This document shows positions 1-12,241 of a DNA stretch of 64,000 bases, one piece after another. The notes beneath the pieces were generated by a model. The model had not been told where the DNA came from, did no database searches, and saw only the letters and a list, made by a program, of their open reading frames with translations. The first letter of the stretch is position 1. Each line of letters begins with the position of its first letter. Origin of the DNA: the human T2T-CHM13v2.0 reference genome, Homo sapiens; the NCBI RefSeq assembly GCF_009914755.1, contig NC_060944.1; one strand, written 5' to 3'. Both the position numbers and the translations under genes were made by a program.

Positions 1-3000
1 TCTACTCAGCAAACAGAGTTGAACCTTTCTTTTGAGAGAGCAGTTTTGAAACACTCTTTTTGTGGAATATGCAAGTGGGTATTAGGCCAGCTTGGAGGAT
101 TTCGTTGGAAACGGGAATACGTATAAAAAGCAGGCAGCAGCATTGTCAGAAACTACTTTGTGATGTTTGCATTCAAGTCACAGAATTGAACACTCCCTTT
201 CACAGAGCAGGTTTGAAACACTCTTTTTGTAGTGTCTGTAAGTGAACATTTGGATTGCTTTCAGGCCTAAGGTGAAAAAGGAAATATCTTCCCATAAAAA
301 CTAGACAGAAGCATTCTCAGAAACTTGTTTGTGATGTGTGCCCTCTACTGACAGAGTTGAACCTTTCTTTGCAAAGAGCAGTTTTGAAACACTCTTTTTG
401 TAGAATCTGCAAGAGGATATTTGGATAGCTTTGAGGATTTCTTGGGAAACGGGAATGTCTTCAGATAAACTCTAGACAGAAGCATTCTCAGAAACTTCTT
501 TGGGATGTTTCAATTGAAGTCACAGTGTTGAACATTCCCTTTCACAGAGCAGGTTTGAAACACTCTTTTTGTAGTGTCTATAAGTGAACATTTGGCGTGC
601 TTTCAGGCCTAACGTGAAAAAGGAAATATCTTCCCATAAAAACTAGACAGAAGCATTCTCAGAAACTTGTTCGTGACGTGTGCCCTCTACTGACAGAGTT
701 GAACCTTTCTTTGCAAAGAGCAGCTTTGACACACTCTTTTTGTAGAATCTGCAAGAGGATATTTGGATAGCTTTGAGGATTTCGTTGGAAACGGGTATGT
801 CTTCAGATAAACTCTAGACAGAAGCATTCTCAGAAATTTCTTTGGGATGTTGCATTCAAGTCACAGAGTAGAACATTCCCATTCATACAGCAGATTTGAA
901 ACACTCTTTTTGTACTATCTGGAAGTGGACATTTGGAGCGCTTTCAGGCATATGTTGAAAAAGAAAATATCTTCCCATAAAAACTAGACAGAAGCATTCT
1001 CAGAAACTTGTTTGTGATGTGTGCCCTCTACTGACAGATTTGAACCTTTCTTTGCAAAGAGAAGCTTTGAAACACTCTTTTTGTAGAATCTGCAAGAGGA
1101 TATTTGGATAGCTTTGAGGATTTCGTTGGTAACGGGTATGTCTTCAGATAAACTCTAGACAGAAGCATTCTCAGAAACTTCTTTGGGATGTTTCAATTGA
1201 AGTCACAGTGTTGAACATTCCCTTTCACAGAGCGGGTTTGAAACTCTCTTTTTGTAGTGTCTATAAGTGAACATTTGGCGTGCTTTCAGGCGTAACGTGA
1301 AAAAGGAAATATCTTCCCATAAAAACTAGACAGAAGCATTCTCAGAAACTTGTTCATGATGTGTGCCCTCTACTGACAGAGTTGAACCTTTCTTTGCAAA
1401 GAGCAGCTTTGAAACACTCTTTTTGTAGAATCTGCAAGAGGATATTTGGATAGCTTGGAGGATTTCGTTGGAAACGGGTATGTCTTCAGATAAACTCTAG
1501 ACAGAAGCATTCTCAGAAACTTCTTTGGGATGTTGCATTCAAGTCACAGAGTAGAACATTCCCATTCATAGAGCAGATTTGAAACACTCTTTTTGTAGTA
1601 TCTGGAAGTGGACATTTGGAGCGCTTTCAGGCCTATGTTGAAAAAGGAATTATCTTCCCATAAAAACTAGACGGAAGCATTCTCAGAAACTTACTTGTGA
1701 TGTGTTTGCTCAACTAACAGAATTGAACCATCGTTTTGAAGGAGCAGTTTTGAAACACTGTTTTCGTGGAATCTGCAAGTGGATATTTGGCTAGCTTTGA
1801 GGATTTCGTTGGAAACGGGATTACATATAAAAAGGAGACAGCAGCATTCTCAGAAACTTCTTTGTGATGTCTGCATTCAAGTCACAGAGTTGAGCATTCC
1901 CTTTCATAGAGCAGGTTGGAAACACTCTTTTTGTAGTATCTGGATGAGGACATTTGGAGCACTTTCTGGCGTATGGTGAAAAAGGAAATATCTTCCCGTA
2001 AAAACTAGACAGAAGCATTCTCAGAAATTTATTTGTGATGTGTGCCCTCAACTAACAGAGTTGAACCTTTCTTTTGATAGAGCAGTTTTGAAACACTCTT
2101 TTTGTAAAATCTGCAAGAGGATATTTGGATAGCTTTGAGGATTTCATTGCAAACGGGCATGGCTTCATATAAACTCTAGACAGAAGCATTCTCAGAAACT
2201 TCGTTGGGATGTTTCGATTGAAGTCCCAGTGTTGAACATTCCCTTTTATAGAGCAGGTTGGAAACACTCTTTCTGCATTCCCTGGAAGTGGACATTTGGA
2301 GCGCTTTCAGGACAACGGTGAAAATAGAAATATCTTCCAATAAAATCTAGATAGAAGCAACGTCAGAAACTTTTATGTGATGGATCTACTCAGCTAACAG
2401 AGTTGAACCTTTCTTTTGAGAGAGCAGTTTTGCAACACTCTTTTTGTGGAATATGCAAGTGGATATTAGGGCAGCTTTGAGGATTTCGTTGGAAACGGGA
2501 ATACATGTAAAAAGCAGACAGCAGCATTCTCAGAAACTTCTTTGTGATGTTTGCATTGAAGTCACAGAGTTGAACATTCCCTTTGAGAGAGCAGGTTTGA
2601 AACACGCCTTTTGTCATATCTGGAAGTGTCCATTCGGAGCGCATTCAGGCTTGTGTTGAAAAAGGAAATATCCTCCCATAAAAACTAGACAGAAGCATTC
2701 TCAGAAACTTATCTGTGATGTATGTACTCAACTAACAGAACTAAACCATCGTTTTGAAGGAGCAGTTTTGAAACACTCTTTTTGCGGAATCTGCAAGTGG
2801 ATATTTGGCTAGCTGGGAGGATTTCGTTGGAAACGGGATTACATACAAAAAGCAGACAGCAGCATTCTCAGAAACTTCTTTGTGATGTTTGCATTCAAGT
2901 CACAGAGTTGAACATTCCCTTTCATAGAGCAGGTTTGAAACACTCTTTTTGTAGTATCTGGATGTGGACATTTGGATCGCTTTCAGGCCTATGGTGAAAA

Positions 3001-3402
3001 AGGAAATATCTTCCCATGAAAACTAGACAGAAGCATTCTCAGAAACTTATTTGTGATGTGTGCCCTCAACTGACAGTGTTGAACCTTTGTTTTGATAGAG
3101 CAGTTCTGAAACACACTTTTTGTAAAATCTGCAAGAGGATATTTGGATAGCTTTGAGGATTTCGTTGGAAATGGGAATGTCTTCATGTAAACTCTAGACA
3201 GAAGCATTCTCAGAAACTGCTTTGGGATGTTTCAATTGAAGTCCCAGTGTTGAACATTCCCTTTCATAGAGCAGGTTTGAAACACTCTTTTTGTACTATC
3301 CGGAAATGGACATTTGGAGCGCTTTCAGGTCTACGGTGAAAAAGGAGATATCTTCCAATAAAAACTAGATAGAAGCAATGTCAGAACTTTTTTCATGATG
3401 TA
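1..3402 (+). repeat. 20-mer HOR variant, copy 1 (3,402 bp)
   Basis: 16-mer plus an extra 683-bp 4-monomer block (312-994 repeated with divergence at 995-1677). Confidence 0.95.
100..116 (+). promoter_or_regulatory. CENP-B box (first of the series in alternate monomers of array 1)
   Basis: tttcgttggaaacggga matches the 17-bp NTTCGNNNNANNCGGGN motif; 7 of 8 B-monomers per 16-mer have an intact motif. Confidence 0.95.
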
Positions 3403-6120
3403 TCTACTCAGCAAACAGAGTTGAACCTTTCTTTTGAGAGAGCAGTTTTGAAACACTCTTTTTGTGGAATATGCAAGTGGGTATTAGGCCAGCTTGGAGG
3501 ATTTCGTTGGAAACGGGAATACGTATAAAAAGCAGACAGCAGCATTGTCAGAAACTACTTTGTGATGTTTGCATTCAAGTCACAGAATTGAACACTCCCT
3601 TTCACAGAGCAGGTTTGAAACACTCTTTTTGTAGTGTCTGTAAGTGAACATTTGGATTGCTTTCAGGCCTAAGGTGAAAAAGGAAATATCTTCCCATAAA
3701 AACTAGACAGAAGCATTCTCAGAAACTTGTTTGTGATGTGTGCCCTCTACTGACAGAGTTGAACCTTTCTTTGCAAAGAGCAGTTTTGAAACACTCTTTT
3801 TGTAGAATCTGCAAGAGGATATTTGGATAGCTTTGAGGATTTCTTGGGAAACGGGAATGTCTTCAGATAAACTCTAGACAGAAGCATTCTCAGAAACTTC
3901 TTTGGGATGTTTCAATTGAAGTCACAGTGTTGAACATTCCCTTTCACAGAGCAGGTTTGAAACACTCTTTTTGTAGTGTCTATAAGTGAACATTTGTCGT
4001 GCTTTCAGGCCTAACGTGAAAAAGGAAATATCTTCCCATAAAAACTAGACAGAAGCATTCTCAGAAACTTGTTCGTGATGTGTGCCTCTACTGACAGAGT
4101 TGAACCTTTCTTTGCAAAGAGCAGCTTTGAAACACTCTTTTTGTAGAATCTGCAAGAGGATATTTGGATAGCTTTGAGGATTTCGTCGGAAACGGGTATG
4201 TCTTCAGATAAACTCTAGACAGAAGCATTCTCAGAAATTTCTTTGGGATGTTGCATTCAAGTCACAGAGTAGAACATTCCCATTCATAGAGCAGATTTGA
4301 AACACTCTTTTTGTAGTATCTGGAAGTGGACATTTGGAGCGCTTTCAGGCCTATGTTGAAAAAGGAAATATCTTCCCATAAAAACTAGACGGAAGCATTC
4401 TCAGAAACTTACTTGTGATGTGTTTGCTCAACTAACAGAATTGAACCATCGTTTTGAAGGAGCAGTTTTGAAACACTGTTTTCGTGGAATCTGCAAGTGG
4501 ATATTTGGCTAGCTTTGAGGATTTCGTTGGAAACGGGATTACATATAAAAAGGAGACAGCAGCATTCTCAGAAACTTCTTTGTGATGTCTGCATTCAAGT
4601 CACAGAGTTGAGCATTCCCTTTCATAGAGCAGGTTGGAAACACTCTTTTTGTAGTATCTGGATGAGGACATTTGGAGCGCTTTCAGGCCTATGGTGAAAA
4701 AGGAAATATCTTCCCGTAAAAACTAGACAGAAGCATTCTCAGAAATTTATTTGTGATGTGTGCCCTCAACTAACAGAGTTGAACCTTTCTTTTGATAGAG
4801 CAGTTTTGAAACACTCTTTTTGTAAAATCTGCAAGAGGATATTTGGATAGCTTTGAGGATTTCGTTGCAAACGGGAATGGCTTCATATAAACTCTAGACA
4901 GAAGCATTCTCAGAAACTTCGTTGGGATGTTTCGATTGAAGTCCCAGTGTTGAACATTCCCTTTTTTAGAGCAGGTTGGAAACACTCTTTCTGCATTCCC
5001 TGGAAGTGGACATTTGGAGCGCTTTCAGGACAACGGTGAAAATGGAAATATCTTCCAATAAAATCTAGATAGAAGCAACGTCAGAAACTTTTATGTGATG
5101 GATCTACTCAGCTAACAGAGTTGAACCTTTCTTTTGAGAGAGCAGTTTTGCAACACTCTTTTTGTGGAATATGCAAGTGGATATTAGGGCAGCTTTGAGG
5201 ATTTCGTTGGAAACGGGAATACATGTAAAAAGCAGACAGCAGCATTCTCAGAAACTTCTTTGTGATGTTTGCATTGAAGTCACAGAGTTGAACATTCCCT
5301 TTGAGAGAGCAGGTTTGAAACACGCCTTTTGTCATATCTGGAAGTGTCCATTCGGAGCGCATTCAGGCTTGTGTTGAAAAAGGAAATATCCTCCCATAAA
5401 AACTAGACAGAAGCATTCTCAGAAACTTATCTGTGATGTATGTACTCAACTAACAGAACTAAACCATCGTTTTGAATTAGTAGTTTTGAAACACTCTTTT
5501 TGCGGAATCTGCAAGTGGATATTTGGCTAGCTGGGAGGATTTCGTTGGAAACGGGATTACATACAAAAAGCAGACAGCAGTATTCTCAGAAACTTCTTTG
5601 TGATGTTTGCATTCAAGTCACAGAGTTGAACATTCCCTTTCATAGAGCAGGTTTGAAACACTCTTTTTGTAGTATCTGGATGTGGACATTTGGATCGCTT
5701 TCAGGCCTATGGTGAAAAAGGAAATATCTTCCCATGAAAAGTAGACAGAAGCATTCTCAGAAACTTATTTGTGATGTGTGCCCTCAACTGACAGTGTTGA
5801 ACCTTTGTTTTGGTAGAGCAGTTCTGAAACACACTTTTTGTAAAATCTGCAAGAGGATATTTGGATAGCTTTGAGGATTTCGTTGGAAACGGGAATGTCT
5901 TCATGTAAACTCTAGACAGAAGCATTCTCAGAAACTGCTTTGGGATGTTTCAATTGAAGTCCCAGTGTTGAACATTCCCTTTCATAGAGCAGGTTTGAAA
6001 CACTCTTTTTGTACTATCTGGAAGTGGACATTTGGAGCGCTTTCAGGTCTACGGTGAAAAAGGAGATATCTTCCAATAAAAACTAGATAGAAGCAATGTC
6101 AGAACTTTTTTCATGATGTA
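3403..6120 (+). repeat. 16-mer HOR copy (2,718 bp, 1-bp deletion near 4085)
   Basis: Spacing 3462->6180; tgtgcctcta here versus tgtgccctcta elsewhere. Confidence 0.95.
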
Positions 6121-9100
6121 TCTACTCAGCAAACAGAGTTGAACCTTTCTTTTGAGAGAGCAGTTTTGAAACACTCTTTTTGTGGAATATGCAAGTGGGT
6201 ATTAGGCCAGCTTGGAGGATTTCGTTGGAAACGGGAATACGTATAAAAAGCAGGCAGCAGCATTGTCAGAAACTACTTTGTGATGTTTGCATTCAAGTCA
6301 CAGAATTGAACACTCCCTTTCACAGAGCAGGTTTGAAACACTCTTTTTGTAGTGTCTGTAAGTGAACATTTGGATTGCTTTCAGGCCTAAGGTGAAAAAG
6401 GAAATATCTTCCCATAAAAACTAGACAGAAGCATTCTCAGAAACTTGTTTGTGATGTGTGCCCTCTACTGACAGAGTTGAACCTTTCTTTGCAAAGAGCA
6501 GTTTTGAAACACTCTTTTTGTAGAATCTGCAAGAGGATATTTGGATAGCTTTGAGGATTTCTTGGGAAACGGGAATGTCTTCAGATAAACTCTAGACAGA
6601 AGCATTCTCAGAAACTTCTTTGGGATGTTTCAATTGAAGTCACAGTGTTGAACATTCCCTTTCACAGATCAGGTTTGAAACACTCTTTTGGTAGTGTCTA
6701 TAAGTGAACATTTGGCGTGCTTTCAGGCCTAACGTGAAAAAGGAAATATCTTCCCATAAAAACTAGACAGAAGCATTCTCAGAAACTTGTTCGTGACGTG
6801 TGCCCTCTACTGACAGAGTTGAACCTTTCTTTGCAAAGAGCAGCTTTGACACACTCTTTTTGTAGAATCTGCAAGAGGATATTTGGATAGCTTTGAGGAT
6901 TTCGTTGGAAACGGGTATGTCTTCAGATAAACTCTAGACAGAAGCATTCTCAGAAATTTCTTTGGGATGTTGCATTCAAGTCACAGAGTAGAACATTCCC
7001 ATTCATACAGCAGATTTGAAACACTCTTTTTGTACTATCTGGAAGTGGACATTTGGAGCGCTTTCAGGCATATGTTGAAAAAGAAAATATCTTCCCATAA
7101 AAACTAGACAGAAGCATTCTCAGAAACTTGTTTGTGATGTGTGCCCTCTACTGACAGATTTGAACCTTTCTTTGCAAAGAGAAGCTTTGAAACACTCTTT
7201 TTGTAGAATCTGCAAGAGGATATTTGGATAGCTTTGAGGATTTCGTTGGTAACGGGTATGTCTTCAGATAAACTCTAGACAGAAGCATTCTCAGAAACTT
7301 CTTTGGGATGTTTCAATTGAAGTCACAGTGTTGAACATTCCCTTTCACAGAGCAGGTTTGAAACTCTCTTTTTGTAGTGTCTATAAGTGAACATTTGGCG
7401 TGCTTTCAGGCGTAACGTGAAAAAGGAAATATCTTCCCATAAAAACTAGACAGAAGCATTCTCAGAAACTTGTTCATGATGTGTGCCCTCTACTGACAGA
7501 GTTGAACCTTTCTTTGCAAAGAGCAGCTTTGAAACACTCTTTTTGTAGAATCTGCAAGAGGATATTTGGATAGCTTGGAGGATTTCGTTGGAAACGGGTA
7601 TGTCTTCAGATAAACTCTAGACAGAAGCATTCTCAGAAACTTCTTTGGGATGTTGCATTCAAGTCACAGAGTAGAACATTCCCATTCATAGAGCAGATTT
7701 GAAACACTCTTTTTGTAGTATCTGGAAGTGGACATTTGGAGCGCTTTCAGGCCTATGTTGAAAAAGGAAATATCTTCCCATAAAAACTAGACGGAAGCAT
7801 TCTCAGAAACTTACTTGTGATGTGTTTGCTCAACTAACAGAATTGAACCATCGTTTTGAAGGAGCAGTTTTGAAACACTGTTTTCGTGGAATCTGCAAGT
7901 GGATATTTGGCTAGCTTTGAGGATTTCGTTGGAAACGGGATTACATATAAAAAGGAGACAGCAGCATTCTCAGAAACTTCTTTGTGATGTCTGCATTCAA
8001 GTCACAGAGTTGAGCATTCCCTTTCATAGAGCAGGTTGGAAACACTCTTTTTGTAGTATCTGGATGAGGACATTTGGAGCACTTTCTGGCGTATGGTGAA
8101 AAAGGAAATATCTTCCCGTAAAAACTAGACAGAAGCATTCTCAGAAATTTATTTGTGATGTGTGCCCTCAACTAACAGAGTTGAAACTTTCTTTTGATAG
8201 AGCAGTTTTGAAACACTCTTTTTGTAAAATCTGCAAGAGGATATTTGGATAGCTTTGAGGATTTCATTGCAAACGGGAATGGCTTCATATAAACTCTAGA
8301 CAGAAGCATTCTCAGAAACTTCGTTGGGATGTTTCGATTGAAGTCCCAGTGTTGAACATTCCCTTTTATAGAGCAGGTTGGAAACACTCTTTCTGCATTC
8401 CCTGGAAGTGGACATTTGGAGCGCTTTCAGGACAACGGTGAAAATAGAAATATCTTCCAATAAAATCTAGATAGCAGCAACGTCAGAAACTTTTATGTGA
8501 TGGATCTACTCAGCTAACAGAGTTGAACCTTTCTTTTGAGAGAGCAGTTTTGCAACACTCTTTTTGTGGAATATGCAAGTGGATATTAGGGCAGCTTTGA
8601 GGATTTCGTTGGAAACGGGAATACATGTAAAAAGCAGACAGCAGCATTCTCAGAAACTTCTTTGTGATGTTTGCATTGAAGTCACAGAGTTGAACATTCC
8701 CTTTGAGAGAGCAGGTTTGAAACACGCCTTTTGTCATATCTGGAAGTGTCCATTCGGAGCGCATTCAGGCTTGTGTTGAAAAAGGAAATATCCTCCCATA
8801 AAAACTAGACAGAAGCATTCTCAGAAACTTATCTGTGATGTATGTACTCAACTAACAGAACTAAACCATCGTTTTGAAGGAGCAGTTTTGAAACACTCTT
8901 TTTGCGGAATCTGCAAGTGGATATTTGGCTAGCTGGGAGGATTTCGTTGGAAACGGGATTACATACAAAAAGCAGACAGCAGCATTCTCAGAAACTTCTT
9001 TGTGATGTTTGCATTCAAGTCACAGAGTTGAACATTCCCTTTCATAGAGCAGGTTTGAAACACTCTTTTTGTAGTATCTGGATGTGGACATTTGGATCGC

Positions 9101-9522
9101 TTTCAGGCCTATGGTGAAAAAGGAAATATCTTCCCATGAAAACTAGACAGAAGCATTCTCAGAAACTTATTTGTGATGTGTGCCCTCAACTGACAGTGTT
9201 GAACCTTTGTTTTGATAGAGCAGTTCTGAAACACACTTTTTGTAAAATCTGCAAGAGGATATTTGGATAGCTTTGAGGATTTCGTTGGAAACGGGAATGT
9301 CTTCATGTAAACTCTAGACAGAAGCATTCTCAGAAACTGCTTTGGGATGTTTCAATTGAAGTCCCAGTGTTGAACATTCCCTTTCATAGAGCAGGTTTGA
9401 AACACTCTTTTTGTACTATCTGGAAGTGGAGATTTGGAGCGCTTTCAGGTCTACGGTGAAAAAGGAGACATCTTCCAATAAAAACTAGATAGAAGCAATG
9501 TCAGAACTTTTTTCATGATGTA
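6121..9522 (+). repeat. 20-mer HOR variant, copy 2
   Basis: Near-identical to 1-3402 at offset 6120; extra block ~7115-7797. Confidence 0.95.
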
Positions 9523-12241
9523 TCTACTCAGCAAACAGAGTTGAACCTTTCTTTTGAGAGAGCAGTTTTGAAACACTCTTTTTGTGGAATATGCAAGTGG
9601 GTATTAGGCCAGCTTGGAGGATTTCGTTGGAAACGGGAATACGTATAAAAAGCAGACAGCAGCATTGTCAGAAACTACTTTGTGATGTTTGCATTCAAGT
9701 CACAGAATTGAACACTCCCTTTCACAGAGCAGGTTTGAAACACTCTTTTTGTAGTGTCTGTAAGTGAACATTTGGATTGCTTTCAGGCCTAAGGTGAAAA
9801 AGGAAATATCTTCCCATAAAAACTAGACAGAAGCATTCTCAGAAACTTGTTTGTGATGTGTGCCCTCTACTGACAGAGTTGAACCTTTCTTTGCAAAGAG
9901 CAGTTTTGAAACACTCTTTTTGTAGAATCTGCAAGAGGATATTTGGATAGCTTTGAGGATTTCTTGGGAAACGGGAATGTCTTCAGATAAACTCTAGACA
10001 GAAGCATTCTCAGAAACTTCTTTGGGATGTTTCAATTGAAGTCACAGTGTTGAACATTCCCTTTCACAGAGCAGGTTTGAAACACTCTTTTTGTAGTGTC
10101 TATAAGTGAACATTTGGCGTGCTTTCAGGCCTAACGTGAAAAAGGAAATATCTTCCCATAAAAACTAGACAGAAGCATTCTCAGAAACTTGTTCTTGATG
10201 TGTGCCCTCTACTGACAGAGTTGAACCTTTCTTTGCAAAGAGCAGCTTTGAAACACTCTTTTTGTAGAATCTGCAAGAGGATATTTGGATAGCTTTGAGG
10301 ATTTCGTTGGAAACGGGTATGTCTTCAGATAAACTCTAGACAGAATCATTCTCAGAAACTTCTTTGGGATGTTGCATTCAAGTCACAGAGTAGAACATTC
10401 CCATTCATAGAGCAGATTTGAAACACTCTTTTTGTAGTATCTGGAAGTGGACATTTGGAGCGCTTTCAGGCCTATGTTGAAAAAGGAAATATCTTCCCAT
10501 AAAAACTAGACGGAAGCATTCTCAGAAACTTACTTGTGATGTGTTTGCTCAACTAACAGAATTGAACCATCGTTTTGAAGGAGCAGTTTTGAAACACTGT
10601 TTTCGTGGAATCTGCAAGTGGATATTTGGCTAGCTTTGAGGATTTCGTTGGAAACGGGATTACATATAAAAAGGAGACAGCAGCATTCTCAGAAACTTCT
10701 TTGTGATGTCTGCATTCAAGTCACAGAGTTGAGCATTCCCTTTCATAGAGCAGGTTGGAAACACTCTTTTTGTAGTATCTGGATGAGGACATTTGGAGCG
10801 CTTTCAGGCCTATGGTGAAAAAGGAAATATCTTCCCGTAAAAACTAGACAGAAGCATTCTCAGAAATTTATTTGTGATGTGTGCCCTCAACTAACAGAGT
10901 TGAACCTTTCTTTTGATAGAGTAGTTTTGAAACACTCTTTTTGTAAAATCTGCAAGAGGATATTTGGATAGCTTTGAGGATTTCGTTGCAAACGGGAATG
11001 GCTTCATATAAACTCTAGACAGAAGCATTCTCAGAAACTTCTTTGGGATGTTTCGATTGAAGTCCCGGTGTTGAACTTTCCCTTTTATAGAGCAGGTTGG
11101 AAACACTCTTTCTGCATTCCCTGGAAGTGGACATTTGGAGCGCTTTCAGGACGACGGTGAAAATGGAAATATCTTCCAATAAAATCTAGATAGAAGCAAC
11201 GTCAGAAACTTTTATGTGATGGATCTACTCAGCTAACAGAGTTGAACCTTTCTTTTGAGAGAGCAGTTTTGCAACACTCTTTTTGTGGAATATGCAAGTG
11301 GATATTAGGGCAGCTTTGAGGATTTCGTTGGAAACGGGAATACATGTAAAAAGCAGACAGCAGCATTCTCAGAAACTTCTTTGTGATGTTTGCATTGAAG
11401 TCACAGAGTTGAACATTCCCTTTGAGAGAGCAGGTTTGAAACACGCCTTTTGTCATATCTGGAAGTGTCCATTCGGAGCGCATTCAGGCTTGTGTTGAAA
11501 AAGGAAATATCCTCCCATAAAAACTAGACAGAAGCATTCTCAGAAACTTATCTGTGATGTATGTACTCAACTAACAGAACTAAACCATCGTTTTGAAGGA
11601 GCAGTTTTGAAACACTCTTTTTGCGGAATCTGCAAGTGGATATTTGGCTAGCTGGGAGGATTTCGTTGGAAACGGGATTACATACAAAAAGCAGACAGCA
11701 GCATTCTCAGAAACTTCTTTGTGATGTTTGCATTCAAGTCACAGAGTTGAACATTCCCTTTCATAGAGCAGGTTTGAAACACTCTTTTTGTAGTATCTGG
11801 ATGTGGACATTTGGATCGCTTTCAGGCCTATGGTGAAAAAGGAAATATCTTCCCATGAAAACTAGACAGAAGCATTCTCAGAAACTTATTTGTGATGTGT
11901 GCCCTCAACTGACAGTGTTGAACCTTTGTTTTGATAGAGCAGTTCTGAAACACACTTTTTGTAAAATCTGCAAGAGGATATTTGGATAGCTTTGAGGATT
12001 TCGTTGGAAACGGGAATGTCTTCATGTAAACTCTAGACAGAAGCATTCTCAGAAACTGCTTTGGGATGTTTCAATTGAAGTCCCAGTGTTGAACATTCCC
12101 TTTCATAGAGCAGGTTTGAAACACTCTTTTTGTACTATCTGGAAGTGGACATTTGGAGCGCTTTCAGGTCTACGGTGAAAAAGGAGATATCTTCCAATAA
12201 AAACTAGATAGAAGCAATGTCAGAACTTTTTTCATGATGTA
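9523..12241 (+). repeat. 16-mer HOR copy (2,719 bp)
   Basis: Spacing 9582->12301; 16 monomers counted. Confidence 0.95.
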
